Assembly: GCA_038735675.1 (NCBI GenBank)
Contig: JAVYNJ010000002.1
Span: forward strand, 14,818-46,817
DNA: 32,000 nucleotides
Reading direction: 5' to 3'
DNA from: Nanopusillaceae archaeon
GTDB taxonomy: Archaea > Nanobdellota > Nanobdellia > Nanobdellales > Nanobdellaceae
Shown: positions 1 through 12,302 of the stretch, one piece after another
Numbering within the stretch: position 1 is the stretch's first letter
Layout of the letters: the number at the start of each line of letters is the position of its first letter
Notes under the pieces: model-generated
Databases searched by the model: none
Seen by the model: the letters and a program-made list of their open reading frames with translations, nothing else
Told to the model about the DNA's origin: nothing
Program-made: the position numbers and the translations under genes

Positions 1-1
1 A

Positions 2-220
2 TTACTAAAATTCTTGAATACTACAAGAAATATAGATCCTGAAAACGAAAAAAAACTTTATGAAGAGCTAAAATCTATAAATATTCCTGAAGATATAAGA
101 ATAAAAATTGTTGAAATGCTACCAAAAGATGAGGAAGATCTAAAAGCAATTTTATACACTTATACACTATCAAAAAATGAAATAGATAAAATTTTATCTA
201 TAGTTAAAAAATATATTTAG
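2..220 (+). CDS. rpoF: RNA polymerase subunit Rpo4/RpoF, C-terminal part (5' end cut by window edge)
   Basis: The frame is open from base 2, and the track's 'M' at 14 is a TTG. The C-terminal half (...EDIRIKIVEMLPKDEEDLKAILYTYTLSKNEIDKILSIVKKYI) resembles the C-terminus of crenarchaeal Rpo4 as I recall it. It is followed by a DUF655 gene, the conserved archaeal rpoF-DUF655 neighbourhood. Confidence 0.6.
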   Translation, partial: LLKFLNTTRNIDPENEKKLYEELKSINIPEDIRIKIVEMLPKDEEDLKAILYTYTLSKNEIDKILSIVKKYI

Positions 221-242
221 TTATAGATTATAATAATATATA

Positions 243-788
243 ATGATTCAAAAAAAGAAAGAAAACTTCGCAATAATACTTGATTTTCTTCCACTAGGAG
301 ATTCATCAAAAAATATTTCAGAACCTACTGCTTACGCAATTGGCATAGAATACTTTACTCTTCTTTTACTAATAGTAAAACCTGGAATAAAAGTTGATAT
401 TTTCGAAGAAGTATATATAGGAGAAGGAAAAAGAGATAAAATAAAATCCGTATTGAGAAAACTATCAATAAATGATTTATCCCTATTGGCAAAAGAGAAT
501 CTAGAAAAAGCAATAATAAAAATAATAGAAAAAAATGAATCTAAGTTTGTTGAATTTTTTAATAGAGCTGGTCCATTAAATTTAAAAATACATTCCCTGG
601 AATTAATTCCAGGAATAGGAAAAACGGTATTAGATAGAATTTTGGAAGAGAGAGAAAAAGAACCCTTTAAATCGATTTTAGATATAGAAAATAGAGTAAA
701 GGGATTTAAAAATGTTAAATTAGCGCTATGCAAAAGAATTATTGACGAACTTTATGGAAACGAAAAAATAAAATTATTTACAGCTTGA
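243..788 (+). CDS. DUF655/COG1491-type predicted RNA-binding protein with helix-hairpin-helix
   Basis: ATG start. HhH-like motif LELIPGIGKTVLDRILEERE. The size (181 aa) and the position directly after rpoF are typical of this family. Confidence 0.6.
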   Translation: MIQKKKENFAIILDFLPLGDSSKNISEPTAYAIGIEYFTLLLLIVKPGIKVDIFEEVYIGEGKRDKIKSVLRKLSINDLSLLAKENLEKAIIKIIEKNESKFVEFFNRAGPLNLKIHSLELIPGIGKTVLDRILEEREKEPFKSILDIENRVKGFKNVKLALCKRIIDELYGNEKIKLFTA

Positions 789-1044
789 TATTATTAAATT
801 TTGCGATCATTTTTAATATTTTCTCTCTATTTGTAATTTCAATTCCATTTTCTTCTTTTATCTTTATAATTAATAATTTTTTGTTCATTTTTTTCCTTTT
901 TCTATTATCTTTATTCAATTTTCTTAAATGAGATTTATTCAGATGCTTTGTATATTTTTTGTTATTCATAAACACATGTCCGCATAAAGGACAAGTATAT
1001 ACTTTCTTTCCAGATCTAGTAATCTTTATCATACTCCCGATCAT
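778..1044 (-). CDS. Small basic C2H2 zinc-finger protein
   Basis: The sequence CPLCGHVFMNNKKYTKHLNKSH fits C-x2-C-x12-H-x4-H. It is followed by a Lys/Arg-rich tract (RKLNKDNRKRKKMNKK). The 3' end overlaps the convergent DUF655 gene by 11 nt. Confidence 0.5.
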   Translation of the reverse strand: MIGSMIKITRSGKKVYTCPLCGHVFMNNKKYTKHLNKSHLRKLNKDNRKRKKMNKKLLIIKIKEENGIEITNREKILKMIAKFNNIKL

Positions 1045-1078
1045 TATTATCTCAATATTTGGATAAAAAATAAAAATT

Positions 1079-1747
1079 TTATTTTTGCAACAAAAACATC
1101 ATATGCTCTTTATGGAAAGGTTCTAATCTAACTTTATTAATTATCTTTATTCCATATTCTGATATTTCTTTGCTAACTTCATCAAATATTACTTTAGAAT
1201 CTTTTCTAACATCTATTGATTTAGCTTTGACAGCATAAAATATGTATCCTTTGCTTTTTAAAAACAAATCCATATTATTGATAAGTATTTTAGTTTGATG
1301 TGGTTGTGCTATATCTTGATATATAACATCTACTTTGGAAACTAAGTGAACATAATTGTAGGGGTTTGATGCATCAGATAATATCGGAATTATATTTCTT
1401 CTTTCCTTCACTATTTTCATAAGTTCCATTAAAATTCTAGCAGAAACATCTATACCATATATTACTCCTTTCCATCCAATAATATCAGAAATGTGTGATG
1501 CTGTTGTTCCAGAAGCTATACCTAAATATAGTATCTTATCTCCTTCTCTTATTGGAATCTCTCCTATGTTTTTCTTAATTGCTGCCGCTAATTTGGATCT
1601 ATTAGCTATCCATTCTCTATATTCTTCTCCCTTAAATTCTACTAATCTTTCTCCATATACTACTTGCCCCCTTACTAGATTTTTAGTATATAATTTTCCT
1701 TTCTTATCAATATATATTCTTGGATTTTCTTTTAATGCTTTCATCAT
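1079..1747 (-). CDS. flpA: Fibrillarin, C/D-box sRNP rRNA/tRNA 2'-O-methyltransferase
   Basis: Motifs VYGERLVEFKGEEYREWIANRSKLAAAIKK and the SAM-binding ILYLGIASGTTASHISDIIG. Its start overlaps the nop5 stop by 1 nt (TAATG). Confidence 0.95.
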   Translation of the reverse strand: MMKALKENPRIYIDKKGKLYTKNLVRGQVVYGERLVEFKGEEYREWIANRSKLAAAIKKNIGEIPIREGDKILYLGIASGTTASHISDIIGWKGVIYGIDVSARILMELMKIVKERRNIIPILSDASNPYNYVHLVSKVDVIYQDIAQPHQTKILINNMDLFLKSKGYIFYAVKAKSIDVRKDSKVIFDEVSKEISEYGIKIINKVRLEPFHKEHMMFLLQK

Positions 1748-2745
1748 TATTTTTTTTCTGATTTTAATTCGTTAAATCTGTCCTCTAATTCTCTTAACAA
1801 CTCTTCATATATTAATTTACCTGAATTAAAGGCATCCATTCTTGCTGCGATAGCTATTTTGGCTGCCAAAGTTCTCGCCATTGCACCCCTAAGCTTTTTC
1901 GGTAACCTTTGTATATAAGGATGATTAAATATAACACCGTGTTTTGGTGGCGGTGTTTTCTTTGTTAAATGTTTAAAAAGTGCTTTTTCAGCACCTAAAA
2001 CTTGAATTGTTGATGCTGGCAACATTGCTAATTCTTTCAGTCCACCCGCAATAGCTATTAGTCTAGCACCTATAGTCGGAGTTGCTATTTTTGATAAGTT
2101 AGGACATATTTCTTCCATTAAATTTTCAATATAGTTCTTTAAAGAATCTCTTAACTTATAAAGTCTTATTATTTCTTCTCCTATTTTATTTAATTGCTCT
2201 ATATCCTTTGCTTCAAATTTTCCACCCATAGTTTTTTCTATTTGGTACTCTTTCATTAATTCTTCTCTCTTTTTATTAAAAACGATCTTTAAAAATTTTT
2301 CATGATCTTCAATCATTTGAGATAATTCTGGAAAATATAAATTGTATATTTCTCTAAATCTTTCTACAATAAGATTAATTGTCTTATTTAGATCATCTAA
2401 AAGCATTACTGTCTGTATTATGATGTTATCTCTAGTAATAGATTTAGAAATGACATCCTTAGTCAAATTATATACTTTTTCTTGATTTAACTCTTTTTCT
2501 TCTTCAGAAATAATTTCTATTGCTTTTTTTAATTTATTTTTATCTTTCTCAACTTTATAATTTTCTATTTCTTGACCTAAGAATACGTAATCTTCCTTTA
2601 TGTATTCTTTAATTCTTTCTGGCAATTTTCCAAAAGAAATTTCTTTTAATTCTTCTTCGTTTAAATCCAATTTTATAAATTGTTCCTTTTCTATTTTTTC
2701 ATTAAAAATATATATTCCGTCGTGTCTTATAATAACATACTTCAT
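1747..2745 (-). CDS. nop5: Nop5 (Nop56/58) C/D-box sRNP core protein
   Basis: Conserved Nop domain LGAEKALFKHLTKKTPPPKHGVIFNHPYIQ, with a coiled-coil middle region. It lies directly upstream of fibrillarin. Confidence 0.92.
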   Translation of the reverse strand: MKYVIIRHDGIYIFNEKIEKEQFIKLDLNEEELKEISFGKLPERIKEYIKEDYVFLGQEIENYKVEKDKNKLKKAIEIISEEEKELNQEKVYNLTKDVISKSITRDNIIIQTVMLLDDLNKTINLIVERFREIYNLYFPELSQMIEDHEKFLKIVFNKKREELMKEYQIEKTMGGKFEAKDIEQLNKIGEEIIRLYKLRDSLKNYIENLMEEICPNLSKIATPTIGARLIAIAGGLKELAMLPASTIQVLGAEKALFKHLTKKTPPPKHGVIFNHPYIQRLPKKLRGAMARTLAAKIAIAARMDAFNSGKLIYEELLRELEDRFNELKSEKK

Positions 2746-2774
2746 AAAAAATATTTATTGAAAAAATAAATAAA

Positions 2775-3083
2775 TTATTTCTTAACAACTTTCATTAATA
2801 ATTTAACGTCTGGAGGAATTTGTAATCTCAAAAAATTTTTGATAAATCTATCATCATAAGCCACGTCTATAAATCTTCTATATATCTTCATTTGATAAGT
2901 TTCATAAATTTTTGTTCCTCTTTTTCCAAGAGTTCTCATAGATGGAACTCTTAAAACTTTGGTTGGAAGATTTATTGGTCCTCTCTTCTCGATTCCAAGT
3001 TGCTCAACTATTTTAATTATATCACTAGTAAAAGAATTTATTGGTTCTAATTTTGTCCCCCAAATTTTTATTCTAAGATACAT
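2775..3083 (-). CDS. rps10: 30S ribosomal protein S10 (uS10)
   Basis: 102 aa. Motif GPINLPTKVLRVPSMRTLGKRGTKIYETYQMKIYRRFIDV. It lies downstream of aEF-1alpha, as in the archaeal str cluster. Confidence 0.9.
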   Translation of the reverse strand: MYLRIKIWGTKLEPINSFTSDIIKIVEQLGIEKRGPINLPTKVLRVPSMRTLGKRGTKIYETYQMKIYRRFIDVAYDDRFIKNFLRLQIPPDVKLLMKVVKK

Positions 3084-3106
3084 TTTTGATTAAAAAAATA
3101 AAGATG

Positions 3107-4438
3107 TTACTTCAGCTCAACTTTTCTTTCTTTTATTTCTAATATTTGTCCTACTGCTACTGTCTTACCCATATCTCTAATTGCGAATCTTCCTAAAGAG
3201 GTATTTGGGAAATCTTGATATCTTTCGGCTGCTAATGGTTTTAGTGGAACAATTCTTACTATTGCTGCATCTCCTGTTTTTAAGAATTGTGGATTTTTCT
3301 CGATCTCTTGACCAGTTCTAGGATCTATTTTTGCAACTATTTCAACTATTTTAACTGGAACAGATGCTGTATGTATGTGTAATACTGGAGAATATCCAAC
3401 TGCTACAGCTGAAGGATGCCATAATATAAATATTCTTGCTGTTAATTCTTCTACTAATTTTGGTAATTGTTCATTTAATTTTCCTACCAAATCTCCTCTT
3501 CCTATATCTTGTTTTTCAATACCTTTTACGTTGAATCCTATGTTATCTCCGGCAATTGCTTCCTCTAAATCTTGATGATGCATTTGTATAGATTTTACTT
3601 CTCCTATAACACCATTTGGCTTTTTAGATGGTAAAACAACTATTTTATCACCCGCTCTTAATCTTCCAGCTTCTACTCTTCCGACTGGAACTATTCCTAC
3701 TCCTTTTATAGAATATACATCTTCTATAGCCAATCTAAATGGTTTATCTACTAATCTAGGAGGTTCATCTAGCAAATCTAAAGCTTCATATATTGTTGGA
3801 CCATTATACCATGGCATCTGTTGAGATTTTTGAACAATATTATCTCCATTATATGCTGAAACTGGAACTATTGCTTTTATATTTTTATTTGGATCATATC
3901 CTATACTTTTTGCTAGATTTAAAACCATCTCTTTAACTTGTTCAAATCTCTTTTGATCATAGTTAACTGCATCCATTTTGTTTATTGCAACAATAAATTG
4001 TGATATTCCTAAAGTTCTAATTAATAATAAGTGCTCTCTTCCCTGTCCTTCTGGTCCTAAAGCTGTTTCTGCTTCTCCAGGCTTCGAAGATACTACTAAT
4101 ATTGCTGCATCTGCTTGGCTAGCACCAGTAATCATATTTTTAATGAAATCTCTATGTCCGGGTAAATCTCCAAAAGTTATTTCATATTTTTTTGTTATTA
4201 TTTTGTAGAATGTAGGATCTATTGTTAATCCTCTTTCTCTCTCTTCCTTTGTTTTATCCATAACAAATGCAAACTCGAATGTTTCTTTTCCTAATTGCTT
4301 TGCTAGCTCCTTTAGTTGATTTAATACTTTTTCATCTATTAGCTTCAAATCCCACAACATTCTACCTAACATTGTTGACTTTCCATTATCTACATGTCCT
4401 ATAGTTACTACATTAAGATGTGGTTTTTCTCTTGGCAT
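3107..4438 (-). CDS. tuf: Translation elongation factor aEF-1alpha
   Basis: GTPase motifs GHVDNGKST, DLPGHRDF and NKMD. 443 aa. Confidence 0.97.
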   Translation of the reverse strand: MPREKPHLNVVTIGHVDNGKSTMLGRMLWDLKLIDEKVLNQLKELAKQLGKETFEFAFVMDKTKEERERGLTIDPTFYKIITKKYEITFGDLPGHRDFIKNMITGASQADAAILVVSSKPGEAETALGPEGQGREHLLLIRTLGISQFIVAINKMDAVNYDQKRFEQVKEMVLNLAKSIGYDPNKNIKAIVPVSAYNGDNIVQKSQQMPWYNGPTIYEALDLLDEPPRLVDKPFRLAIEDVYSIKGVGIVPVGRVEAGRLRAGDKIVVLPSKKPNGVIGEVKSIQMHHQDLEEAIAGDNIGFNVKGIEKQDIGRGDLVGKLNEQLPKLVEELTARIFILWHPSAVAVGYSPVLHIHTASVPVKIVEIVAKIDPRTGQEIEKNPQFLKTGDAAIVRIVPLKPLAAERYQDFPNTSLGRFAIRDMGKTVAVGQILEIKERKVELK

Positions 4439-4471
4439 TCTTTTATAAATCTGTGTAAAATTTAAAAATAT

Positions 4472-5266
4472 CTAAGATAAAGAAAGAACCTGATCAAAAA
4501 ATTCTATTGGTAATGCCCCTGAAAATCCCAAAATAAAATACTTTCTATCGGAAGATATCCACATGTTATATGAAAATCCATAGGGTTTTAATTGATCTAG
4601 GATATTTTTCACTTCTTTTATTCTTTCTTCAGATATCTTGTTAATATTTATGGCTATAATAAAAGATGGCGTTCCCATCATTCCATAGATTTTAACAGCT
4701 TCATATGTTTCTGCGTCAATTAACTTCTCTATTTCGTTGTTTTTAATACAATCCTCAACATCCTTATATTTATTTAGCGTTTCATTAATAGATATTTCTA
4801 AATTTGTACCGTTTTTTAAGTATAAAACATTATTATATACTTCTCTCAAAATTTCTGATTTATAATTAATATATTCCTCTAAACCTTTTTCTTTATAGAT
4901 ACAAGCTGCATATAAAGATAGTTTTTTTGCTAAATCCCCATGAACTATAAGATTTTTATATACATAACTTATCTTTCCACTATCTATATATTTTTTCTTA
5001 ATCTCTGGAAAAACTTCAAAATAAAAGGCCGCACAAAAGGGACATAAATATTCCATATATTCATAAATAATTATATCTGAGGAATTTCCATACACTGCAT
5101 TATAATATTCAATTTTTGGTAAATCAATAGGCTTCAAGCTATGTAAGATACTTTTTTCCAATTGTAATTCTCTAATTAATACATAATTATATATACTAAA
5201 AACCATAGCCAAGATTGATGACGACAAGCTTATGTACATTAAAAATTTGTCATTAAATTTGCTCAT
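4472..5266 (-). CDS. Membrane-anchored DsbA-like thioredoxin-fold thiol:disulfide oxidoreductase
   Basis: N-terminal hydrophobic helix (FLMYISLSSSILAMVFSIYNYVLI). CPFC active-site motif in the context EYMEYLCPFCAAFYFEVFPEIKKKY, as in DsbA/COG1651 proteins. Confidence 0.6.
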   Translation of the reverse strand: MSKFNDKFLMYISLSSSILAMVFSIYNYVLIRELQLEKSILHSLKPIDLPKIEYYNAVYGNSSDIIIYEYMEYLCPFCAAFYFEVFPEIKKKYIDSGKISYVYKNLIVHGDLAKKLSLYAACIYKEKGLEEYINYKSEILREVYNNVLYLKNGTNLEISINETLNKYKDVEDCIKNNEIEKLIDAETYEAVKIYGMMGTPSFIIAININKISEERIKEVKNILDQLKPYGFSYNMWISSDRKYFILGFSGALPIEFFDQVLSLS

Positions 5267-5302
5267 TTAACTATTAATAAAAAAAGATTTATAAAGCAAA
5301 AA

Positions 5303-8536
<3,234 letters not shown>

Positions 8537-8540
8537 GGAT

Positions 8541-8550
8541 ATTTATAAAT
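8541..8550 (+). promoter_or_regulatory. TATA-box-like element (ATTTATAAAT), 22-31 nt upstream of the tbp ATG
   Basis: The position is consistent with a leaderless transcript. AT-rich background limits confidence. Confidence 0.3.
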
Positions 8551-8571
8551 TTTATTTTTTAATGTTTATAA

Positions 8572-9126
8572 ATGGCTAAATGGGAGGCTAACAATGTTGT
8601 AGTAAATGTTGATCTAAAAACAAAGTTGCCACTAGATAAGATTGCTTCAAAATTGGAAGATGCAACATATGATCCGGAACAATTTCCAGGTTTGATATTC
8701 AGGACGGAAAGGGACCAAAAAAAGGTAACAATTCTAATGTTTAATAGCGGAAAAATGGTAGTAACTGGACTTAAAAGTATTAAAGAAGCAAAAGAATACG
8801 TTGAATATATAAGAAAAATTTTAAAAGAAATCGGAATAGAAACTCCTAAAGATTACAATGTTTCTCCAAAAAATTATGTAGTAAACGGAAAGTTTGATTA
8901 TGATAATATAGATGTTAGCAGAATGCTAGAAGAATTAGAAGCTGCAGAATATAATCCAGAACAATTTCCGGGAGTAATAGTAAAATACAAAAAAGATGAT
9001 ATAAAAGTTACTTTCTTAATATTCCACACGGGAAACTTTGTATGTACTGGAGCAAAGACAGAAGAAGAAGCGGATTATATTATACATGAGTTTGAAAAAG
9101 AGATTATAAGCAAGTATGCTAAATAA
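8572..9126 (+). CDS. tbp: TATA-box binding protein
   Basis: Two internal repeats, each with the TBP signature (YDPEQFPGLIFR... and YNPEQFPGVIVK...). 184 aa. Confidence 0.95.
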   Translation: MAKWEANNVVVNVDLKTKLPLDKIASKLEDATYDPEQFPGLIFRTERDQKKVTILMFNSGKMVVTGLKSIKEAKEYVEYIRKILKEIGIETPKDYNVSPKNYVVNGKFDYDNIDVSRMLEELEAAEYNPEQFPGVIVKYKKDDIKVTFLIFHTGNFVCTGAKTEEEADYIIHEFEKEIISKYAK

Positions 9127-9754
9127 TAATAAAATGGAAACTAAAACTGGAACTACAATAGTAGCTATAAAATTTAAAGATGGAGTTGTAATAGCGTCTG
9201 ATAAAAGAGCTTCTGCTGGAGCTTTAATGACAATAGATAAAAATACTCAAAAAATATATGAAATTACAGATACTATACTGTTAGGAACTGCCGGCTTAGT
9301 TGCTGATGCACAAATGTTAGCAAAATTTTTATCATCTGAATTAAAATTAAAAGAGCTTAGAAGCAAAATAAAAGTAACTGCAGAAGAAGCTGCAAACTTA
9401 TTAGCAAGAATAATGTATTCTTATAAATACTTTCCATTCTTAACACAATTAATCATTGCTGGAAAAAATAAGAATGATTATTCAATATATATGCTAGATG
9501 AGTTGGGAGGTTTAACGAAACATGATAACTTTATAGCTGTGGGATCCGGAATGATGTATGCTTTGGGAGTTCTAGAAACTGGATATAAAAATGATATGAC
9601 AAAAGAAGAAGCAAAAGAACTTGCTAAAAAGGCAATAATTGCTGCTATAGAAAGAGATTTAGGAAGTGGAGAAGGCATAGATATATATACAGTAAGCGAT
9701 TCTGGAATAGAAAAAGAAACCATAAAAATAGAAAAAAAGATTGAAAAGATTTAA
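9116..9754 (+). CDS. psmB: Proteasome beta subunit
   Basis: Propeptide followed by the processing/active site G|TTIVAIKFKDGVVIASDKRAS. The start could also be the Met at 9134. It overlaps the tbp end by 11 nt. Confidence 0.9.
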   Translation: MLNNNKMETKTGTTIVAIKFKDGVVIASDKRASAGALMTIDKNTQKIYEITDTILLGTAGLVADAQMLAKFLSSELKLKELRSKIKVTAEEAANLLARIMYSYKYFPFLTQLIIAGKNKNDYSIYMLDELGGLTKHDNFIAVGSGMMYALGVLETGYKNDMTKEEAKELAKKAIIAAIERDLGSGEGIDIYTVSDSGIEKETIKIEKKIEKI

Positions 9755-9820
9755 ATTTTTTATTTTTTTAATAAATGAATTTAGATAAGTTAAACTAGCA
9801 AACTGGTAATTTATAAATTT

Positions 9821-11689
9821 ATGATGAATAACATAAAAGAAGAGTTATTAAAAGAATTTAAAAAAGAAGACATAGAAAAAGTAGTCTTTGAAGCAGCTAA
9901 AATTGTAATTTACGTGAATAATAAAGATATATTCTTAAACGGATATGAAATTGGTAAAAATTTAGCTCAAAAATACAAAAAGAGAGTTGAAATTAGATAT
10001 AATCATAAGCTTTTAGATAGCAAGGAATCTATTCTGAATTCTTGTGAAAAAATATTACAAGAAAATGGCGTAAAAGTAAAAAGAATCTTTTTAGAGAGAC
10101 ATAGATCAATAATCGTTATAGATACATACGAACCAGAAAAAATAAATTTAGAAATAATTAACAAGATAAGAGAAAGAACACTATGCAATGTTGTAATAAA
10201 AAGATCTCCATTAAAATCTTCGAGGATAGTAGATCTAGTCAGATCTTATTTACATAAAAACTCAAAATATAGAACTTCTTTTTTAGATTCCGTAGGAGAA
10301 AGGATAATAAAAAGAAAATACGAGAGGTCTAAAGGGATATATAAATTGTTTATCTTAGGAAGCGGAAGAGAAGTAGGAAGATCTTGCTTCTTACTAAAAA
10401 CTGATGAAAGTAATATTTTAATTGACTGTGGAGTTGGAATGGATATTGGAAGTGAAAAATATCCATTGATAAATTCTGAAGATTTTAATATTTTAGATTT
10501 AGATGCAGTAATTATTACTCATGCTCATTTAGATCATGTAGGTTTTTTACCATATTTATTCAGATTGGGATGGAAAGGTCCTATATACTTAACAGAGCCT
10601 ACTAGAGATATTGCTGCATTATCTATGTTAGATTTTACGAAAGTTAGCAAAAAAACAGGTAAAGAATATTTATATGGGATAAAAGAAATAAAAGAATTTA
10701 TAAAACATAGCATAACTTTAAGTTATGAAGAGGTAACTGATATAACTCCAGATATAAAAATTTGTTTTTATGATGCAGGACACATTTTAGGATCTTCAAT
10801 GGTTCATATCAATATAGAAAACAAACATAATCTACTCTATACAGGAGATTTTAAATTTTTTCAGTCAAAATTTCTTAATAGACCAAAAACAATCTTTCAA
10901 AGGTTAGAAACACTGATAATAGAATCTACATATGGAGGAAACAACGATTTTCACCCAAATAGAGAAGAAACAGAGGCTAATTTTATAAAAGAAATAAAAA
11001 ATACTATAGAAAATGGAGGAAAAGTAATAATACCGGTTTTATCCGTTGGAAGAGCTCAAGATGTTTTATTGACTCTATCCGAAAATATTGAAAATGGTTC
11101 TATTCCCAAAGTAAATATTTATATTGAAGGAATTTTATGGGAAACGTCATTAATACATACTTCCTATCCAGAATATTTAGGAGAAAACTTAAAACAGAAG
11201 ATATTAGAAGGAAAAAATCCTTTTGATAAAGAATATATAATTAAAGTGAATCCAAAAGAGAGAGATCAGATAATTGAGTCAAAAGAACCTTACATTGTTG
11301 TTGCTACATCAGGAATGATGCAGGGAGGACCAGTTGTAGAATATTTTAAAAAATTGGCAAGTGATGAAAAAAATCTTCTATCTTTTGTTTCATATCAAGC
11401 AGAAGGAACTCTAGGAAGAAGAATATTAAATGGAGAAAAATCTTTCATCATAGATAATGAAAAAATTGATTTAAGAATGAAGTATATTAAATTTGAAGGT
11501 TTTTCTGGTCATGCAGATAGAAGAGAAGCTATTAGCTTTATAGGAAGGCTCAAACCAAAACCAAAACAAATTTTTGTAGTTCATGGAGAATATCCGAAAT
11601 ACTTTGAATTAGTAAATTCGATAAGAAGAAAATTTAATATCGAAAGTTACGCTCCAAAAAATGGAGACGGTCTTTTGTTAAACATATAA
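9821..11689 (+). CDS. aCPSF1: KH-domain plus metallo-beta-lactamase/beta-CASP ribonuclease
   Basis: Motifs HAHLDHVGFLPYL, YDAGHILGS and GFSGHADRRE. There is an N-terminal KH-like region of ~180 aa. 622 aa. Confidence 0.9.
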   Translation: MMNNIKEELLKEFKKEDIEKVVFEAAKIVIYVNNKDIFLNGYEIGKNLAQKYKKRVEIRYNHKLLDSKESILNSCEKILQENGVKVKRIFLERHRSIIVIDTYEPEKINLEIINKIRERTLCNVVIKRSPLKSSRIVDLVRSYLHKNSKYRTSFLDSVGERIIKRKYERSKGIYKLFILGSGREVGRSCFLLKTDESNILIDCGVGMDIGSEKYPLINSEDFNILDLDAVIITHAHLDHVGFLPYLFRLGWKGPIYLTEPTRDIAALSMLDFTKVSKKTGKEYLYGIKEIKEFIKHSITLSYEEVTDITPDIKICFYDAGHILGSSMVHINIENKHNLLYTGDFKFFQSKFLNRPKTIFQRLETLIIESTYGGNNDFHPNREETEANFIKEIKNTIENGGKVIIPVLSVGRAQDVLLTLSENIENGSIPKVNIYIEGILWETSLIHTSYPEYLGENLKQKILEGKNPFDKEYIIKVNPKERDQIIESKEPYIVVATSGMMQGGPVVEYFKKLASDEKNLLSFVSYQAEGTLGRRILNGEKSFIIDNEKIDLRMKYIKFEGFSGHADRREAISFIGRLKPKPKQIFVVHGEYPKYFELVNSIRRKFNIESYAPKNGDGLLLNI

Positions 11690-11711
11690 AAACTATTTTT
11701 AATAAAATTTT

Positions 11712-12302
11712 ATGTTTATTGTAATCGAAGGAATTGATGGCTGTGGAAAAACAAGAGTTATCGAGGAATTAAAAAAGAGATTAGAAGAAAAAGGAAATAA
11801 AGTATTTTTAACAAAAGAACCTTTTGATAATAGAATTAAAGAATTAATAAAATCTATAATAAAAGAAGAACACCCAAAGAATAAATATTTTGGCCTCTTT
11901 TTAGCATGTTTATTTGCTGCAGATAGATATTTACATCAAATTGAAATAGAAGATAAACTAAATCAAAATTTTATTATTATATCTGATAGATACTATTATT
12001 CTTCATTTTCCTATCAATCCAATTATGAGAACTTTGATTTGGAATGGTTAAAAAATTTGCATAAATACATAAGAAAGCCAGATATAGTCTTTATATTGGA
12101 TGTTCCAGTTAAAATAGCTCTTGAAAGACTTAAAGAACGTTCTGAAAAAAATTCTTATGAAACAGAAGATTTCCTAGAAAAAGTTAGAAAAAAATATTTG
12201 GAACTTCCGAAAATATTAAAAGATGAAAAAATATATATAATAGATAATTCTGGAAAAATAGAAGATACTGTAAATAAAATACTAAGTATTATTAGCATTT
12301 AA
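11712..12302 (+). CDS. tmk: Thymidylate kinase
   Basis: P-loop IVIEGIDGCGKTR, the DRY motif (SDRYYYSS) and a lid region. 196 aa. Confidence 0.85.
   Translation: MFIVIEGIDGCGKTRVIEELKKRLEEKGNKVFLTKEPFDNRIKELIKSIIKEEHPKNKYFGLFLACLFAADRYLHQIEIEDKLNQNFIIISDRYYYSSFSYQSNYENFDLEWLKNLHKYIRKPDIVFILDVPVKIALERLKERSEKNSYETEDFLEKVRKKYLELPKILKDEKIYIIDNSGKIEDTVNKILSIISI

Noticed and set aside
332-733. A 133-aa minus-strand ORF, together with many similar 60-125-aa ORFs in the track: 1491-1775, 3375-3575, 3978-4208, 5667-5924, 6601-6903, 7308-7532, 7933-8160, 8265-8480, 9478-9723, 10003-10188, 14489-14866, 17185-17415, 17558-17755, 19451-19642, 21651-21866, 23867-24100, 24665-24856, 26161-26364 and 28824-29024.
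   Set aside because: Each lies antisense to, or out of frame within, a confidently identified conserved gene. Their translations are low-complexity (Phe/Ile/Leu/Ser-rich), typical of shadow ORFs in AT-rich DNA.
9821-9827. Additional AUGAUGA C-box-like strings at 9821-9827 and 7536-7542 on the + strand, and on the minus strand at the fibrillarin start (~1741-1747) and the DP1 start (~20846-20852).
   Set aside because: All lie inside coding sequence, several simply as ATG-ATG start codons. None has a CUGA D box at the required ~45-55-nt distance or internal C'/D' boxes.
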